Shown here one piece after another: positions 48,676-57,770 of a stretch of 64,000 nucleotides of DNA; the stretch's first letter is position 1, and every line of letters starts with the position of its first letter. This stretch comes from Nannocystales bacterium. GTDB lineage: Bacteria; Myxococcota_A; Polyangia; Nannocystales; Nannocystaceae. Below the pieces are notes generated by a model. The model was not told where the DNA came from. It saw nothing but the letters and a program-made list of their open reading frames with translations, and did no database searches. The stretch is taken from positions 32,001 to 96,000 of the forward strand of contig JBOEGF010000023.1 in the NCBI GenBank assembly GCA_050633305.1, given 5' to 3'. A program made the translations under genes and the position numbers.

Positions 48676-50976
48676 TCAGAAGCCGATCTGCGTCTCGACC
48701 ATCACGCTCCGGCCTGGACCGTTCACGCTCGACCCGTGGGCCCGCCACGGCGCGTCGCCGAGGTTCTCGAACACCATCGCAAACAGCAGGTATGGCTCAA
48801 AGCGATACCCGGCGCGTAGATCGAAGACCGCGTAGCCCGGCGTCCCTCCGATGGGGATTCGGCTGTCAGCCACATCTTGGGGCGCCAGGCGGTCTTGCAA
48901 ACGAGCCCACCGCAGGCCACCCGCGGCATACGCCCCGCTGCGGTGACGCCACCCCAGCTCCGCGGTGCCGTTGAGCGGCGGAACACGAGACATCGGCACC
49001 CGCACGGGGTGACTGGAGTTCTCGCGCGCAAACGGGTTCGGCCGCTCGCCATGCGCGAATGACAGCGTCGTGCGGGCCCACAGCCCCATTGGAAGGTTCG
49101 CCAGTGCGGTCCCCTCGGCTCCCCACAAGAAGGCGTTGCCTTCGAAGTTGTCGAGCTGAAACCGGGTCTGCGAGGCCCCGCACTGCGGTGTCTCGTCAGG
49201 ACAATCTTCGACCTCCACGGCGACGCGCCCGATCAGGTCGGCGATCCGGGTCCGGTAGACCCACGCACCAAACTCGAACACACCAACATCGACCTCGACC
49301 CCAGCCTCGAGGGTTAGAGCGCGCTCGGGGTCGAGGTCGGCATTCTCGAACTGAAAACCCGGCCCGGTCTGCTGGCGACTGGTCAGATCGTCGAGGTTCG
49401 GGGCCCGAAAGCCTTGGTCTGCGTTCAGCGAGAAACTCATCCACGGCACCGGGTCCACCGCGATCCCAGCCATCCCCACCGCGGACACCCAGGTCTGATC
49501 GACCGCGGCCGTCTCGCTTCCCAGGTCGCCTGGCGAACTCGCATGGGCGAGGGCCACCCGCCCCCCCGAGCGCAGCCGAATCGTCTCGAGAAACTCGACA
49601 TGCCCCTCCGCGAAGGCACCCGAAGTGGAATACTGCGAGCCGTCGATGTACTGCCCGCGGGACTGGGTGGTGGAGATGCCCGTGTCGTCGAAGCGAAGCG
49701 ACGCGTCGCTCGCCACCCAGTCCAAATAGCTGTCGGCCCCATACACCCCATACAGGCGGACCCACGACGTGGGGTCGAAGTCCTTGGTTCGCAACTTCAA
49801 TCCGGTGCCGACCGTACTCACGTCGTCGACGCCCAGCAGCGTGGTCACCGATGGTGCGCCTCGGTCGAAAACTCGGTCTTCATGCTGCCGCTGGTAGCTG
49901 ACCGTCACCCGCACGTCCTGGGCAGCCGCCGGCCCCTTGGACGCCTCATAGGCGCCGTAGACCAGGGTCCTGAATTGTTCGTCGTACCGAAGACACTCGT
50001 CGCGCGGAGCGGTGGGCGGCGGGCATTTGTCGGTCCGCGGCGCGTCGAGTTGCCGGTAGTCGTAGTAACCCAACGTCACCCGGTGACGCGGGTTCGGCTC
50101 CCACACCGCCCGCACGTCCCCGGTGAGTTCGCGAAATCCGGTCCCACGCTGCGTCTTTCCGTCCGCCTCAAACGCCGGTGGCACTCGCTGCGGCTCCCCC
50201 GTGCCCGGAGCGATCACCGGACCTCCGCTACGCAGCTGTCCAACATCGCGGTAGCCGACCCCCGCCAGCACACCGAACTTCCCCGCAAAGCCGAGGTCGA
50301 CCTCACCGCGCCCGCCGTACGAACCGTCGGCGGTCCCCGTATGGAGAATCGCTTTGCCGTGCGCGACGGTCTTCTTCCCCTCTTCGTGAAGGGTGGGGTC
50401 TCGCGGCGTCGTGAGCAGCGCGCCCCCCAACGCATCAGCACCGTACCGAGTCGAGGCCGCGCCTCGCACGACCTCCAGCTGCTGGATCGTGCGAGAGTCA
50501 ACGGTGAAGAAGTACTGGTTGGGCCCTTGGCGGAACGTGCTGTTGTTCATGCGCACGCCGTCGAAGAACATCACGGTCTGCTGGCCGGTCAACCCGCGAA
50601 CATAGGGCGAGGCTTGGCCGTGGGCGGTCTGCTGGATATAGACACCGGCCTCGTAGCGCAGCGCATCGGGAGCCGACTGCACCAGTCGCTCATCGAGCTC
50701 GCGTCGGCCGACAACCGAACCCGCGCGATCCTCGTCCTCGCGCTCGACCCGGTACGCGGGCACGAGCACCTCGCGCGAGACGTCGCTCTCGTCCGCACTC
50801 TTCCCCTCGTTCTCACGCTTCGGATGCGGGGGTGGCGTCCCCTCCACGGGGTTCCCGTTGAGCGACGGATCGGGTTGGGCCACGACGGCGTCGGGACCCT
50901 CGTAAGACCGCTCGGGTGGCGCCACGGCGAGCGCCATCGCTGTGACCAAGCTGAGCACGCCTGCGAGGACTATCAC
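48676..50976 (-). CDS. TonB-dependent outer membrane receptor
   Basis: Plug QQTAHGQASPYVRGLTG...RQGPNQY; LEVVRGAASTRYGADALGG; GFRAPNLDDL; ENLGD..R.HGS...PGR; terminal Phe. Confidence 0.93.
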   Translation of the reverse strand: MIVLAGVLSLVTAMALAVAPPERSYEGPDAVVAQPDPSLNGNPVEGTPPPHPKRENEGKSADESDVSREVLVPAYRVEREDEDRAGSVVGRRELDERLVQSAPDALRYEAGVYIQQTAHGQASPYVRGLTGQQTVMFFDGVRMNNSTFRQGPNQYFFTVDSRTIQQLEVVRGAASTRYGADALGGALLTTPRDPTLHEEGKKTVAHGKAILHTGTADGSYGGRGEVDLGFAGKFGVLAGVGYRDVGQLRSGGPVIAPGTGEPQRVPPAFEADGKTQRGTGFRELTGDVRAVWEPNPRHRVTLGYYDYRQLDAPRTDKCPPPTAPRDECLRYDEQFRTLVYGAYEASKGPAAAQDVRVTVSYQRQHEDRVFDRGAPSVTTLLGVDDVSTVGTGLKLRTKDFDPTSWVRLYGVYGADSYLDWVASDASLRFDDTGISTTQSRGQYIDGSQYSTSGAFAEGHVEFLETIRLRSGGRVALAHASSPGDLGSETAAVDQTWVSAVGMAGIAVDPVPWMSFSLNADQGFRAPNLDDLTSRQQTGPGFQFENADLDPERALTLEAGVEVDVGVFEFGAWVYRTRIADLIGRVAVEVEDCPDETPQCGASQTRFQLDNFEGNAFLWGAEGTALANLPMGLWARTTLSFAHGERPNPFARENSSHPVRVPMSRVPPLNGTAELGWRHRSGAYAAGGLRWARLQDRLAPQDVADSRIPIGGTPGYAVFDLRAGYRFEPYLLFAMVFENLGDAPWRAHGSSVNGPGRSVMVETQIGF

Positions 50977-51065
50977 CCCTGTCCCCGCACTCGTCGTGCG
51001 GGGGAACCCTTGATCGCCTGCGAAAGCCTGCCCACTGCGCAGGCGCGTGGTATTGTCGGGCGGGG

Positions 51066-52067
51066 ATGAAAACGCATCCCGCAGTGCAGACGCTTCCCAG
51101 CGTCTTTCCGTTCCGGGCACCTGTCCGTGGTCAAATGATCACCAACGGGGGCAGCGGCACGTACTTCATTGGGGCCCACATCGGTGCCGGCTCTTACGGA
51201 GACGTCTACGAGTGCACGGACGAGTGGTCCAACGCGCTCGTCGCCAAAGTGCTCAAGCCGGCGGGGACCTTCGAGGACGTGCAGCGCCAGTGGGAAGCCG
51301 AGGTCGCCAACCTCGTCAACATGCGGCACCCCAACATCACGTACATGCACGACGCGTTCGTGCATGACAACTGCTTCTACATCATCGTCGAGAAGTGCCT
51401 GTACAGCCTCGACCGGGTCTTGCCAAAGATCGATGAGACCTGGGTTCCGCACATCGCCCGCGACGTGCTGCAGGCGCTCGCGTTCATCCACCGCTTTGGC
51501 TACGTGCACAAGGATGTCCACCCGGGCAACGTCTTCGTCAGCCTGACCAGCGATGTCATCAGCCGCAGCGAAGACGCGGGTCCCTACCTGTCGTTCAAGC
51601 TCGGCGACCTGGGCATCACCCGGATGGAGAACGACATCCGGACGACCGGCACCGTGCTCGCCCCGTGGATGCGCCCCCCCGAGGCCATCGACCCAGGACG
51701 CTTCGGCGCGATCGGTCGCCAAACCGACATCTACCACGCAGGTCTGCTGCTGCTTTCCGTCATGCACGGCGAGGTCCTCCTCTTCGAGGAGACCGACATC
51801 GTGGCGGGCGCGCCGCTGCGCATGGCCGACAGCCTCGACTCCCCCTACGGGCAGGCGATCGCCAGCGCGCTGCATCCCAAGGTCATGTACAGGACCCAGA
51901 CATCGCTCGAGTTTTGGCGAGAGATTCAGGCGGCCTTGCAGTACTTGGCTCCGGGCGGTAACGCAACGCCGGCCCCGATGGACCTCGGGCCACCGCTCAC
52001 CGATCCCAGCGGGCCCAACGGCACCACCGGGACCGGCAAGCCGACCAAGACCCGCTCGAGTTCCTGA
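51066..52067 (+). CDS. Cytoplasmic Ser/Thr kinase with atypical catalytic loop
   Basis: IGAGSYGDVY, VAKVLK, HKDVHPGN, DLG, PPE. Confidence 0.88.
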   Translation: MKTHPAVQTLPSVFPFRAPVRGQMITNGGSGTYFIGAHIGAGSYGDVYECTDEWSNALVAKVLKPAGTFEDVQRQWEAEVANLVNMRHPNITYMHDAFVHDNCFYIIVEKCLYSLDRVLPKIDETWVPHIARDVLQALAFIHRFGYVHKDVHPGNVFVSLTSDVISRSEDAGPYLSFKLGDLGITRMENDIRTTGTVLAPWMRPPEAIDPGRFGAIGRQTDIYHAGLLLLSVMHGEVLLFEETDIVAGAPLRMADSLDSPYGQAIASALHPKVMYRTQTSLEFWREIQAALQYLAPGGNATPAPMDLGPPLTDPSGPNGTTGTGKPTKTRSSS

Positions 52068-52069
52068 CC

Positions 52070-52507
52070 ATGCTTCTCGCCCTGCCGCTGCTCGCCCTCC
52101 CCGGCGACATCACAATGCCCATCGAGGAACTGCGCCAAGCGGTCCCCGGGTTGGCCGGCATCGTCGGGCTGCTGCTGTTCCCGACCGTCGGTTCGTGGCT
52201 GCGACTGCTGCTCGAGTTTCTCGAATGGACACGCCCGGGATTGACGCGACCCAAGCCCGTCTCGGGCTACAGCATCGTCCGCTCGATCGCCACGAGCATC
52301 GGTCTGACCTTCTTCGTCGCGACCTGGTTTCGAGCAGCCGGACAGCTTCGCGACATCCAGGCGGAAGCGCCTGTGGTCGGGCCGAGCATCCAAGGCCTGC
52401 TTGTCGGGATCCTGTTCTGGGCGATCTACGCGGTTGCGATCTCTGCGCTGCGCCGCGATGTCGTTCGTTCACGAAACGCCCGACGCGTAGGCACACCGCT
52501 TCGATAG
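52070..52507 (+). CDS. Small membrane protein
   Basis: Three to four hydrophobic segments; starts 2 nt after the kinase stop. Confidence 0.7.
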   Translation: MLLALPLLALPGDITMPIEELRQAVPGLAGIVGLLLFPTVGSWLRLLLEFLEWTRPGLTRPKPVSGYSIVRSIATSIGLTFFVATWFRAAGQLRDIQAEAPVVGPSIQGLLVGILFWAIYAVAISALRRDVVRSRNARRVGTPLR

Positions 52508-52529
52508 CGACCCGCGGACCCCTCCGCGG

Positions 52530-53033
52530 CTATGGCACCCGCTCGTAGGTGTCGACAGACTTCCCGCTCTCCGTCACCGTCTCGTGAACCATGGCCGTGG
52601 CCGAGAGTTCCGTGATCCGGATCCCCGCCTCGTTGGTCCCGACGCGGAATGTGGAGCCGTCGAGCTTGTAGGTCGTGGTGGTGCTGTGTGCTTTCCCGGC
52701 CACAACCCCTGCGTTGATGAATCCGCCCTCCGCCGTGAATTCCAGGGTCATCTCCATGCCCGGAGGCAACGCATCGAACGGCTCTCCCCCCGGGACAGCG
52801 ATCATCGAGCTCACCTTCTTCCACTTCCCGACGATCGCCTTGGGATACTCGGCTTCTGGGATCACATCTTCCCCGGCCGGCGGGGCTGCGGGGGCCTCGT
52901 CGGCGGCAGCATTCTTGGCAGGGGGTGCATCGTCAGTTGGAGCGCCGCCTTCAGCCTTTGGGCCCGGCGATTTCGCACCGTCACAACCCAGCGAAAGACC
53001 GAGGACGAACACCAGCGCGGCTCGGCGAAACAT
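52530..53033 (-). CDS. Lipocalin-like lipoprotein
   Basis: LSLGC lipobox; IVGKWK, LEFTAEG, ITELSAT. Confidence 0.75.
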   Translation of the reverse strand: MFRRAALVFVLGLSLGCDGAKSPGPKAEGGAPTDDAPPAKNAAADEAPAAPPAGEDVIPEAEYPKAIVGKWKKVSSMIAVPGGEPFDALPPGMEMTLEFTAEGGFINAGVVAGKAHSTTTTYKLDGSTFRVGTNEAGIRITELSATAMVHETVTESGKSVDTYERVP

Positions 53034-53328
53034 CGCCCGAAAATACACCCGTAACGATCGCCGCTCAATTCAGGACGGCGCGACCCGGGCTCTCCTGCGA
53101 CTGCATCGGCGCCAGGCAAACGTGTCGGACGCGTTTTCGTCTCATCCCAAGGGCCGGTCGCCCCGGGCGGCTCGCTCGGTACGGATTCGCGATCGCGACA
53201 CATGCGTCGCGCCCTTGTTGCGGACCCGGGAACACGTCGTTCAACCCGCTTCCTGCACGTTTCGAGCGTCCGGGAATGACAGGCGTCCGTTGGGGCGTGA
53301 TCCTACCAACACCGAGCGGACACCGACC

Positions 53329-53886
53329 ATGACCCACTTGTTTTCCCTGATCGCAATCGCCTCCCAGCTCCTGACCGCATCCGCCGACGACGGACAAAAA
53401 TCGTCGATGCAAAAGCCGACGGAGATCAAGCACAAGTCGCAGGCCGGGAAGAGCGTCGTCGACGGTCTCTCTGGGATCCTCGCGGAGAAGTTGGGGCCGC
53501 TGGATCGCCGGCGGCTGGGTTCGAAGGTGCTCTCCGAGTCACGCGTCTCGATCGCATCCGGCACTTTCGCGGGTGGCGGGACCCGGCTCGTTGCGGTCAA
53601 CGTCAACCTTCGGATGAAGGACCCCACGGCGACCCAGCAATACATCTCGGGCGTGTTCACCGTGACGGACGACGGCGGACTCGTGGCGGTCGTCGTGGCG
53701 CCTCGAATGCGACCGGAGAAGTTCGCGTTCGAAAAGGTCGGCGACAGTGACGGAGATGGGAGCGATGACTTTGTCTACACAACGGCAACCGCCGAAGAGA
53801 CGAAACGACATCGCGTGACTTGGAACGGGACCGAGCCTGTCTCGACGACCCTGACGAATGCAGGGCCCTCCGGCGACGACTCCTGA
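53329..53886 (+). CDS. Secreted hypothetical protein with DxDGDG Ca-binding-like motif
   Basis: Signal MTHLFSLIAIASQLLTASA; GDSDGDGSDDF. Confidence 0.72.
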   Translation: MTHLFSLIAIASQLLTASADDGQKSSMQKPTEIKHKSQAGKSVVDGLSGILAEKLGPLDRRRLGSKVLSESRVSIASGTFAGGGTRLVAVNVNLRMKDPTATQQYISGVFTVTDDGGLVAVVVAPRMRPEKFAFEKVGDSDGDGSDDFVYTTATAEETKRHRVTWNGTEPVSTTLTNAGPSGDDS

Positions 53887-53892
53887 ACCACT

Positions 53893-56820
53893 TCAGGGTC
53901 GCGCGACGATCGCCCGCATGTCCGCCTTGCAGTCGTCGCACCATCCGCGCAATTCGGACCCTTTGGGCCCTTGCCACGACGGCGCTGCGGCGGCCTCTTT
54001 CGCCCGCTGCGGCTTGCCAGCGGCCAGCGCGGCCTGAGCCACGAGCACAAGACAGGTGTCGATCTCGCCGGGCGGGCGCTGCGTGTTCGTTCGTCGACGC
54101 AGAGCGTCTTCGGCGAACTCGAGCGCATCCTCGGGACGACCTGCCCGCAACGCAGCCTTCGACTGGAGCACGAGCGTCTCCAGCACCAGCGGATGCGACT
54201 CGCTGAGCGCCTCCTGCCACAATCCCCGAATGCGAGTGACCTCCAGCAGCGTGTCCGCGGCATCCGTTCCAGCGGCAAGCTCGATCTCGGCTCTGAGGAG
54301 CCGCGCTGCAACGGTCCGGTCGTGGTCCTCGCCGAACACTTCGGTCCGGATCTTCATCGCCTCGTTTACGGCCTCGCGCGCGGCCGCGAGGTTGCCCATC
54401 TCAGACTCGACGCGCGCGAGGTTGGCCAAGGTGACCGACAGCTCATAGTGGGCCCCCAACGTGGCTCGCTGGAGCCGGACAGTCTCGGTGTACCGCTTGT
54501 GGGCTGCGTCGAGGTTGCCGAGCTGATGGTCGAGGGAGGCGAGGTTGCTGCGCACCGCCATCACCCGCATGTTGTCTTCCGGGAAGTTCGCGAGCATGCC
54601 CTCGAGCGCCTCGGCGGTGAGCGCTCGAGCCCGCGGATAGTTGCCCTGGGCACGTGCGCTGTTGGCCAAGGACACGACCGCCGTTGCGTAGCTCGAATGC
54701 GTGCGACCAACCGTCTTCGCGAGGATATCCGCGGCCTGCCGGTAGAGTTCCTCCGCGGTCTCCGTGTCGCCCTGCACCAGCGCGATGCTGCCCGGAAGCA
54801 GCAGCGCCTCGCCGACCGCGGGGTGCTGCGGTCCCAGGATCTCACGGCGGATCTCCAACGCCGCGGTACCCAGTCGTGAGGCGTCGTCAAACTGTTGTTT
54901 CCGAAACAGCGCCTTCGCGGCCAAGCCCATCAGCGCGGCCTGTTCCAGGCGTGTCTCATCGCCGAGCTCTGCGAGCACGCCTCGAGCGCTCTCCACCAGC
55001 TCGATCCCGCGATCGAAGTTGCCCTGCGCAATCTCGAGGCCCGCGCGTGCAGACTCCAGCCGTGTCCGAAGGCGAGGTGGGTTCCCCGCGGTTGCCACGG
55101 AGATTTTGGCCGCCCTCGCGAGGATGTGGGCGGCATCGAAGTCGGTCTTTGCGTGGGTCGCCTGCACCTCGACCAGCCCCACTGCCGCCTCCGCCGTTGC
55201 CAGCTGGCCGCGAGCTCCGGACGCATGTTCGAGGACCCGCTCGAACGCCTCGGTCGAACCATCCGAATCGCCTTGAGCCAGCGCGACCCGTCCTTCCAGA
55301 GCCGCGACTTCAAGCCACTGGGGCTCCCCGCGGGGCAGAACCGCACGAACCTCCTGGGCAGCCTCACGCGCCTCGTCATAGCGAGCGGCGAGGAACAAGG
55401 CGCGAAGGTCGTCCGCTCGCGTCCGGGTTTCTTTTCCGCCGTGAGGCTGTGCGACCCGAGCAGCAGCGTCCGGGTCGTTGCAGTCCTCCAGCGGTGGCAG
55501 GGCCGAGACCATGGAAGCCGAATGCTCCACGACCCCGGCATCCGCCCCTCGGAATAGACGCGAGACAGCGCCCAGCTCGTCCCGGCGCCGCTGCAAGCAC
55601 TGCGCGGCGACGGCATTCTTCTCTCGGCATGCCCGCTGCTCGAGCGAGACCCACCGGCTCGCAAACGCGTTCGTTCGAGTCTCCACAGTCGACCAAGCCC
55701 GTTGCGCGTACGGCATCTGCGACGCGAGAAAAGCGTCCTCAACCGCGGCCTTCGTCTGCTCGTCCCAGACCCCCTCCAGCTGTCCAAGACGTGGCGGGCA
55801 CGGGTCGTGCTCGGGGACCAATGCGACCCCGACACCCACGGATGCGACCACGAGTCCGACCGAAACAGGAACCCACCGTCGGCGGGGCGGTCGAACCGCG
55901 TCCAACAGAGCATCCACCGAATCGAAGCGAGCGCCGACATCGATCGAGAGCCCACGCCCGAGCGCAGAGCGAATCCGCCTGGACACGGCCACGCTGGCAG
56001 GAAGCGAGGGCGGTGTGGGCTCATGGGTCGGCTCGAGCGCCAACCGCTGCAACTCCTCATCGTCGTAGGGACGCTCTCCGACGAGCGCTTCAAAAGCCGT
56101 GACACACCACGCGAACTGGTCGCTGCGCGCATCGACAAGCTGCCCGCGAAGCTGCTCGGGGGCCATGTATGCGGGCGTGCCCGCCATCTTCGTCGTCTGC
56201 CGTCCGGCCGAGAGATTCGTCCACCCGCCCGACTCGGCCGCCGCGAACGACCGGGCCAGTCCAAAGTCGGTCACGAAGACATGCCCGTCGTTCGAGACCA
56301 GCACGTTCTCGGGCTTGAAGTCGCGATGCACGAGCCCGGCGGCGTGCGCAGCCGCGAGCCCTCGACCCGCGTCGCGAAGGATGGTCATCACGTCATCCGT
56401 GCTGCGACGCTCGGCATCCAACCACGAACGCAGCGTATGCCCCTGCACCAGCGCCATCGCGATGAACACCTGATCGTCCACCGTTCCAGCCTCGTAGACG
56501 GTGAGCACGTTGGGGTGAGAGAGCTTCGCCATCGCCCGCGCCTCGTCCACCAGCCGCGCCGCACCATCAGCCGCAAGGGTTGCGTCCGCCCGCAGCACTT
56601 TGAGGGCGAGCCGCCGCTGAAGTTGCGGGTCATACGCCTCGTACACGATGCCCATCCCGCCCGAGCCCAGGCGCTCCCGCACCTCAAACCGGCCGACCAT
56701 CGTAGGCTTGGGAGTTCCCCCGAACACACCAGCACGGATCTTGGAGCGAGCCCGACGAACCTCCAGCTGATCCACCGCGAGCCGCACGTCTCGCATGCCA
56801 TCGAGAGGCTCCGCGCTCAC
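53893..56820 (-). CDS. Ser/Thr protein kinase, TM, helical domain and TPRs
   Basis: [36 protein letters not shown]-type TPRs. Confidence 0.93.
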   Translation of the reverse strand: MSAEPLDGMRDVRLAVDQLEVRRARSKIRAGVFGGTPKPTMVGRFEVRERLGSGGMGIVYEAYDPQLQRRLALKVLRADATLAADGAARLVDEARAMAKLSHPNVLTVYEAGTVDDQVFIAMALVQGHTLRSWLDAERRSTDDVMTILRDAGRGLAAAHAAGLVHRDFKPENVLVSNDGHVFVTDFGLARSFAAAESGGWTNLSAGRQTTKMAGTPAYMAPEQLRGQLVDARSDQFAWCVTAFEALVGERPYDDEELQRLALEPTHEPTPPSLPASVAVSRRIRSALGRGLSIDVGARFDSVDALLDAVRPPRRRWVPVSVGLVVASVGVGVALVPEHDPCPPRLGQLEGVWDEQTKAAVEDAFLASQMPYAQRAWSTVETRTNAFASRWVSLEQRACREKNAVAAQCLQRRRDELGAVSRLFRGADAGVVEHSASMVSALPPLEDCNDPDAAARVAQPHGGKETRTRADDLRALFLAARYDEAREAAQEVRAVLPRGEPQWLEVAALEGRVALAQGDSDGSTEAFERVLEHASGARGQLATAEAAVGLVEVQATHAKTDFDAAHILARAAKISVATAGNPPRLRTRLESARAGLEIAQGNFDRGIELVESARGVLAELGDETRLEQAALMGLAAKALFRKQQFDDASRLGTAALEIRREILGPQHPAVGEALLLPGSIALVQGDTETAEELYRQAADILAKTVGRTHSSYATAVVSLANSARAQGNYPRARALTAEALEGMLANFPEDNMRVMAVRSNLASLDHQLGNLDAAHKRYTETVRLQRATLGAHYELSVTLANLARVESEMGNLAAAREAVNEAMKIRTEVFGEDHDRTVAARLLRAEIELAAGTDAADTLLEVTRIRGLWQEALSESHPLVLETLVLQSKAALRAGRPEDALEFAEDALRRRTNTQRPPGEIDTCLVLVAQAALAAGKPQRAKEAAAAPSWQGPKGSELRGWCDDCKADMRAIVARP

Positions 56821-56858
56821 GCTCTTCGCGCCTCCGGAGCTCTGATATCTTCCCGGCC

Positions 56859-57482
56859 TTGTCCGCCGACGACCTGAAGCTGCTGCACCTGTGGCGCGAT
56901 GGAGACGAGTCCGCGGGACAGACGCTCTTCGAGCGGCACTTCGACTCGGTCTACGGATTCTTCTGCAACAAGGTCGGTCCCGATGCGGTCGACGACCTCG
57001 TGCAGGAGACGTTCCTCGGTATCGTCCGCTCGCGGGACAGGTTCCGAGAGGAGGCCACGTTCCGCACGTACCTCTTCGCCATCGCGCATCGACAGATGAT
57101 GAAGTACCGGGAACGCTGGTACAAGACGCGCGAGCGGGGGGCAGACTTCGACCTGGACCGGGTGGAGGCCCTCAACGGCTCCCCTTCCCAGCTGGTGATC
57201 AGTCACTCCGAGCAAGCGCTCCTGGTCCGAGCACTGCGGCATCTCGAGCTCGACCTTCAGATCGTCTTGGAGCTGTTCTACTGGCAAGACCTTCGCAGCC
57301 TCGACATCTCCGAGATCCTCGATCTTCCCCACGGAACGGTGCGTAGCCGGATTCGCCGAGCCCGCGAGCAACTCGCTGAGCGTATCGAGACGCTCACCGA
57401 TGACCCCGCGCTCTGTGCCTCCACCGTCGGCAACATCGAGGATTGGCTGCGCTCGCTTCAGCTGCGCCGCGCCACGTCGTAG
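56859..57482 (+). CDS. ECF sigma factor with C-terminal extension
   Basis: DLKLLHLWRDGD, VDDLVQETF, TFRTYLFAIA, LFYWQDL...GTVRSRIRRAR. Confidence 0.92.
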   Translation: MSADDLKLLHLWRDGDESAGQTLFERHFDSVYGFFCNKVGPDAVDDLVQETFLGIVRSRDRFREEATFRTYLFAIAHRQMMKYRERWYKTRERGADFDLDRVEALNGSPSQLVISHSEQALLVRALRHLELDLQIVLELFYWQDLRSLDISEILDLPHGTVRSRIRRAREQLAERIETLTDDPALCASTVGNIEDWLRSLQLRRATS

Positions 57483-57770
57483 CCCGTCACCCAGGGTCCC
57501 CACCCGAAGGTAGTCCGCCGCGGAGCCGTCGTGATCACGATGACGAGGATTCTTTTTCGCCCCTGCCGCGAACGTTAGCCAGGCGGCGGTGGGATCAACC
57601 CCGCATTGATCTGTTCACACGCGTCGAGGAACCCGCGATCCGTCGCGGGACGCCCCCGCTCGACTTCAGCCAGACGGCACCACCGGAGGTTCGCCAACAC
57701 GGGCCGCACCCCGCGACAGCATCGAGACTCCGCGCGCAGAATCCACATCCCCCTGGAGGCGGAACCCTTC

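Noticed and set aside
57575..57750. Possible small ORF downstream of dinB
   Set aside because: No recognisable motif and weak codon bias; cannot be supported
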